From assembly GCF_009914755.1 (NCBI RefSeq), contig NC_060932.1: a DNA stretch of 64,000 bases, one strand, 5' to 3'. Origin of the DNA: the human T2T-CHM13v2.0 reference genome, Homo sapiens. Made by a program: the position numbers and the translations under genes. A model generated the notes under the pieces. That model was not told the origin of the DNA, did not search any database, and saw only the letters and a program-made list of their open reading frames with translations. Shown here in pieces: positions 58,891 through 64,000 of this stretch (position 1 is its first letter; every line of letters starts with the position of its first letter).

Positions 58891-59265
58891 TGTTGGAAAC
58901 AAGTGCTCAGTGTAGCCAAAAGAAACCCACACTTAGAAAATTTCTTGGCAAGGCAACTTTACTTCTGCAGAAGGCTGCTGCTCACAGCCGTCACAATTGC
59001 AAGAGAACACCAAACAAAGGAAGGAAGGGGTTTTATCTCTAATGCAGTTTCTGTTTCTGTGTCCTTCCCCTATTGGCTGGGGTTGGACCACACAATCTAA
59101 GCTGATCCCGGTTAGCTTAGACCTAAACTTTTTCCAAATAGGGTAAATGTGCGATTTGTGAAAAAAGGAGAAGGCAGAGGGGAGAAGGGGATGGGGTTGA
59201 TTTACAATCTTACAACTTATGACCAGGAAGTTGAGTCTTTGAAGAGGAACTTAGTTGTCCCAACG
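58891..59265 (-). mobile_element. Solo LTR (MER48-like), intronic, same sense as RB1CC1
   Basis: Minus strand shows CCAAT, GATAAAA and AGTAAA in LTR order and ends TTTCCAACA; 5 bp TSD AACAA on both sides. Confidence 0.75.
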
Positions 59266-59299
59266 AACAACAACAAAAAAACCAAAAAGATTTAAAATC

Positions 59300-59916
59300 T
59301 CCAGCCTGGGCAAAATGGTGAAACCCCATCTCTACCAAAAATACAAAAAATTAGCTGGGCATAATGGCAAGCGCCTATGGTCCCAGCTACTCGGAAGTCT
59401 GAGGTGGGAAGATCACTTGAGCCTGGAAGGCAGAGGTTAGAAGTATAATGCAGCAAGCAAAGACACCTGGTGACCATCAAACAGGCCATCTGGAGGCAGA
59501 ACGCTGAGGAATTTAGAAGTAATTAAACTTTCCTAGCATGTGGTTACAGGTCTCTTTCAAAAATGTTGTAAGTAACTAGAATTTCTATACATCTCTGGAA
59601 TGTATGCATGCCAAAACTCACTGAGCAACCCTTGCTGACATCAAGACACAAAAATGTCTACAAATGTAATCATTTATCATGACCTACACGGCCAACATTG
59701 GTCCAAACTACCTTTAAGATCCTGCCTTAAGGTCCATATATGCTCGTCGGGAAAATTCACCACAGCGTGCTCAGTCCTCTCTTGCTGAGGCACCCCGCTA
59801 CACTCTTCAGCATCATTCGCTCTAATAAAACTTTCCTTTTTCAAACCTATACTGTTGTCAGTAAATTCTTCTTACCAAACCAGAGTCAACCACTTTGCAA
59901 TGCCAGCGCTCTGACA
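59300..59916 (+). mobile_element. Alu fragment (~59300-59440) abutting a 5'-truncated ERV1 LTR (~59440-59916)
   Basis: Alu middle section, then LTR-like sequence with CATATA, AATAAA (~59824) and a TGACA end. Confidence 0.65.
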
Positions 59917-60709
59917 CCTTGCCTAGCAAACACTACTACTCTGGTTAAACTGGGGTGGGAGCATAAAGTTCTGAAGGCTGAGAACAAACCTCTTTTCTCA
60001 TCTTCAATGAAACTTCTGAGATGTCTCAGTTTAAAAAAATTTGTGAACAATCACGAAACAATGAATTTTGTGATAGCCACCCACTTCCTCTACTGATGAT
60101 GAGCACAATCAAATGGTACTTGCTAGCTGATAAGCTATAGCCATGGCTTAGCCGGGACTGTTCTCCTCTTCAAACAAGCTTCAATCCATTTATCCACACC
60201 ATCTCATAAGACCTGAAGCATGGAAACCAAGGTCTTTGAAGCTTGAAAGGGTGATAAAAACACCTATTTTTCCCAAGCAAAGTGAGCCCAATGCATGGTT
60301 GCACAAACCAAGGACAGATAAGGATATTTTGTTTATTAAGTCAAATTTTGATGCTCTGAATTTCCTCCACTTCCCTCTGAACGCTATCTGGTACAATGCA
60401 GGGTTTTAAAAAGAGAAATAACACAACAAATAATAACTAGGAAGGCCTAAAACTGTATAGCAACTTACTAAAATTATCCAGACAAATGGTCTATATCCTG
60501 CCAGTGAAGATAAGATTGACCATCATTTTTAAGACCATAATTCAACTTTAGTTTTTTAAAAGCTTAAGTTTTTTATATATTACAAATGAAGACAATGGAA
60601 GAAAAAATTTGTTAATATAGCTGTAATTCTATGTGAAAGTGTGATTTACATTTGGACACCTTTCTGAATGTGACTGTGATGCTCTCTGGGTCTGAAAGAC
60701 AATTTATTC

Positions 60710-61314
60710 TGTGAAAAGAAAATAAATCTTGGGAACCAAAAATCACTAAGGAAAAGGGAGGTCAAGCTGGGAACTACATCAAGCAAACCTGCCTCCCATT
60801 TTATTCCTAAAATAAGATAGCTACAAAGACCTCACAATTTGCCCACAAGAAAATTCCTTGTGGACAAAAAACAGACAGAACTTAAAGTCATCCCTCTGTT
60901 CCTCTGCTCATGTGAGACAAATGCGTATATGATTGCTTTCTCGGCCCCACTGCTTCACTAAGTCAGACTGAAGCATAAGTGACAATTCCTCTACCATCCT
61001 CTGACATGTAAATTGTGTATTCAGTGAAAGGCTAATCACAGTTTCAAAATAATGCAACCATTTGTCTCTTATCTACCTATGACCTGGAAGCCCTCTTCCC
61101 AGCTTTGAGTTGTCCCACCTTTCCAGACAGAACATCTTACACATACTGGTTGATATCTCATGTTTCCCTAAAATGTATAAAACCAAGCTGTGTCCTGACC
61201 ACCTTGGGCACACGTCAGGACCTCCCGAGGCTGTGTCATGAGCTCGTCCTTAACCTTGGCAAAATAAACTTTCTAAATTGATTGAGACCTGTCTCAGATA
61301 CTTTTGGGTTCACA
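60710..61314 (+). mobile_element. Solo MER4A-type LTR, intronic, antisense to RB1CC1
   Basis: TGTGAAAAGAAAATAAATCTTGGGAACCAAAAATCACTAAG...TTTTGGGTTCACA; flanks ATTC/ATTA. Confidence 0.88.
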
Positions 61315-61861
61315 ATTAATCTACAAACATATGCCAAGCATCTATAGTATACCAGTTACCATTCTAGATGCTAAGAATGTAGCGGTGACCAAAACTGATT
61401 AAAATCGTTGCCAAACAGAGCTTATATTCTATTGAGGATAAATAAAGCATACTACATAAAACACGTATTGAGTCATGTCTGAGATAGACCATTCTTCTAA
61501 GTCTTTGTGATAAAATTAATGATTCACAGTATAATCACTACAAAATATGTGATTTTTGCTGTTCAAGTTAAGGTATAAAGAAGAAAGGAGATGTCTCACT
61601 ACAAGATATTTTTATTTTTTAAACAAACTAAATTCTAAAAAGTATTTCAAAACTTTTCAAAAGCACTGAACAGAAGCCTTAAACTGTTCCTACTACCTTG
61701 TAAACTGTAATTAATAGAACTTGAAAAAATAAAGTTATTGCTTTATTAAAACATATAATTGGCTGTAAAATGGGCTGTTCAAATAATTGGTTAAATTCAC
61801 AGGTTAAAGCCAAGGCAGTTTGGTTGGGTGCAGCAAAATTCCAGGCAATTCCAATTTGCCT

Positions 61862-62150
61862 GGAATCCCAGCACTTGGGGAGGCTGAGGCAGGCGGATCG
61901 CTTAAGCTCAGCAGTTCGAGACCAGCCTGGACAAGATGGTGAAACCCCATCTCTACGAAAACAAAAAAACAAAACCTAAAACCAAAACAAAACAAAAATT
62001 AGCTGGGTGCAGCGGCACTCGCCTGTACTCCCAGCTACTTGCTGAGCTGAGACAGGAGGATTGCTTGAGCCAAAGAGGTTGAAGCTGCAGTGAGCCAAGA
62101 TCGCAACACCACACTTCAGCCTGGGCAACAGAGAGAGACCTTGTCTCGAT
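61862..62150 (+). mobile_element. AluJ (5'-truncated)
   Basis: AATCCCAGCACTTGGGGAGG...GAGACCTTGTCTC with an expanded A-rich linker. Confidence 0.88.
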
Positions 62151-62270
62151 TTTTTTTTTTTAATTAAAAACGAAACAAAACAAATCAATAAAAACCAGGG
62201 CAATTTACAGTACCACATGGGATCTCTTGCCTTTCAGGCACTTTCACTTAAAAATAAGATTCATGAAAAG

Positions 62271-62561
<291 letters not shown>

Positions 62562-62951
62562 TCATGAAAAGATACAATGTATTAAAATTACGCACACTTG
62601 TGAGTAAATATATTAATCTTCAAAAGACTTATGAAACATAACTCAAAACTGATTTTGATGATTTTAAGAATCTTAGGTGCTTCAACTGGTCAGACCTACA
62701 GCCGTAAATTCGCCAAGACATTATTTAATTTCACGCTAAGGAAAAAGTCTGACTCTACAGTCAGGAGATAACTCTGGCCTGACTTCAGCATTCTGAAAAT
62801 CAATAGGATTCAATGACCAACACGGACCAACAAACCTACTATAGATAAGTCAATCAAAGCATACATCCTCTGATGGAATATCTTCATAATGAAATATAAT
62901 GCAAATCATTTAAAAATGTTAAGACCAATTTACCAAGAAGAAAAATCTTAC

Positions 62952-62999
62952 CAGTCTTTGATTTAACCGTTTATTTTCTTCTTCTTTCAATTGCAATGT
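62952..62999 (-). CDS. RB1CC1: RB1CC1 exon (TLQLKEEENKRLNQRL), coiled-coil end
   Basis: ccacctgcag|ACA...CTG|gtaaga, 48 nt, phase 0 to 0. Confidence 0.96.
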
Positions 63000-64000
63000 C
63001 TGCAGGTGGAAAAAAGAGACCTGTGGTTTATCCTTGTACCTACTCAAATAAATCTAAACAGTGATTGTCAAAGTTTTCATCAGACAAAAATGTTTGGTTC
63101 GGGTATGAAAAGTTGATGGGGATATTATTTTCTATGAATTCTTTCCAAATGTTTTCATTATCTACTAGCTTAAATGAGAACCAGAGCAATTTTAGATACA
63201 TTTACCAAGGACTGTCAAACATTAATATGCGTTAGAAACACCTGTGGAATATATAAATATGTAGTAAAAATCTGAGATCTATCCCCAGAGACTTTGTTAA
63301 CTAAGTCGTGCCTAAGAGAATACATCTGGCATCTGTAACATACATCTCAGGTTATGCTGAGGTAGGAAATCACATAACCCTTTCATAATAGAAAACATGC
63401 TATATTCAAATGAAGTTGTACAATTCTGAATTTGGATTTTTATCAGACAATTACACTTGTAAAGAAAAAAAGGCATTGTTGAAAATCTTATAGGCCTAAA
63501 GAATGAAAAGTAATCTATGAACAATGATCTGCCAAATGTGTACCAATTTGATCTTATAGTACCCTTAATAAAGGAAACCCTTTATTATCAGTTTTTTCTT
63601 GTCCATTTCAATTCTTTATTTAAAACATAACTCCCTTCATTACTTATTTTTGTTTTTGCCAATTTCTAAAAAGTATTTAATACTTTGTTTTTGAAATAGA
63701 TGTTTAAAATTGCCATTCATGTTATTTTGCTGAATTCTCAACTATTAGGTAAAACTATTACTTTACACATTGATTTAATAAAAACTACCAACTTTTTCCT
63801 CTCATACAGACTTCATTCATTGGGAAATTACAACAAATGGGAGGGTTGAAATACTGTCAACTGTTTAGCTAGTAAGATCATAAAATGACAAGACTTCCCA
63901 AAACAGTGACCACAAAAATAAGTTAATCATAAAAAGGCTTAATTTATAAACACAAATAGTCTATTGTATGTTTCCAGAATGAAGTTTAACTGTATCCAAA

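Overview
Human genomic DNA. A human-specific AluYb8 and an SVA are present, and the sequence matches the RB1CC1 locus, which I recall being at 8q11.23 next to ALKAL1. The right end (about 50.5-64 kb) holds the last five coding exons and 3'UTR of RB1CC1/FIP200 on the minus strand. They splice in frame to TLQLKEEENKRLNQRL-MSQSMSSVSSRHSEKIAIR-DFQVGDLVLIILDERHDNYVLFTVSPTLYFLHSESLPALDLKPGEG-ASGASRRPWVLGKVMEKEYCQAKK-AQNRFKVPLGTKFYRVKAVSWNKKV*, which is the end of the coiled coil plus the Claw domain. The first ~50 kb is repeat-dense intergenic DNA: an old full-length SVA inserted in an MLT2 LTR, about 25 Alus, old L1s, MIR/MER DNA elements, solo LTRs and a 6.3 kb MER61-type provirus nested inside an Alu. 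Nearly all ORFs in the supplied track are repeat artefacts. I found no demonstrably new biological system. The best leads are a perfect p53 element in one LTR of the MER61 provirus, a sense-oriented intronic LTR upstream of an ATG-initiated Claw-only reading frame, a T15 splice-acceptor run, tandem splice sites in a Claw segment and a CpG-rich non-repeat patch. Repeat subfamily names come from recalled consensus sequences, and repeat boundaries without a stated TSD are approximate.
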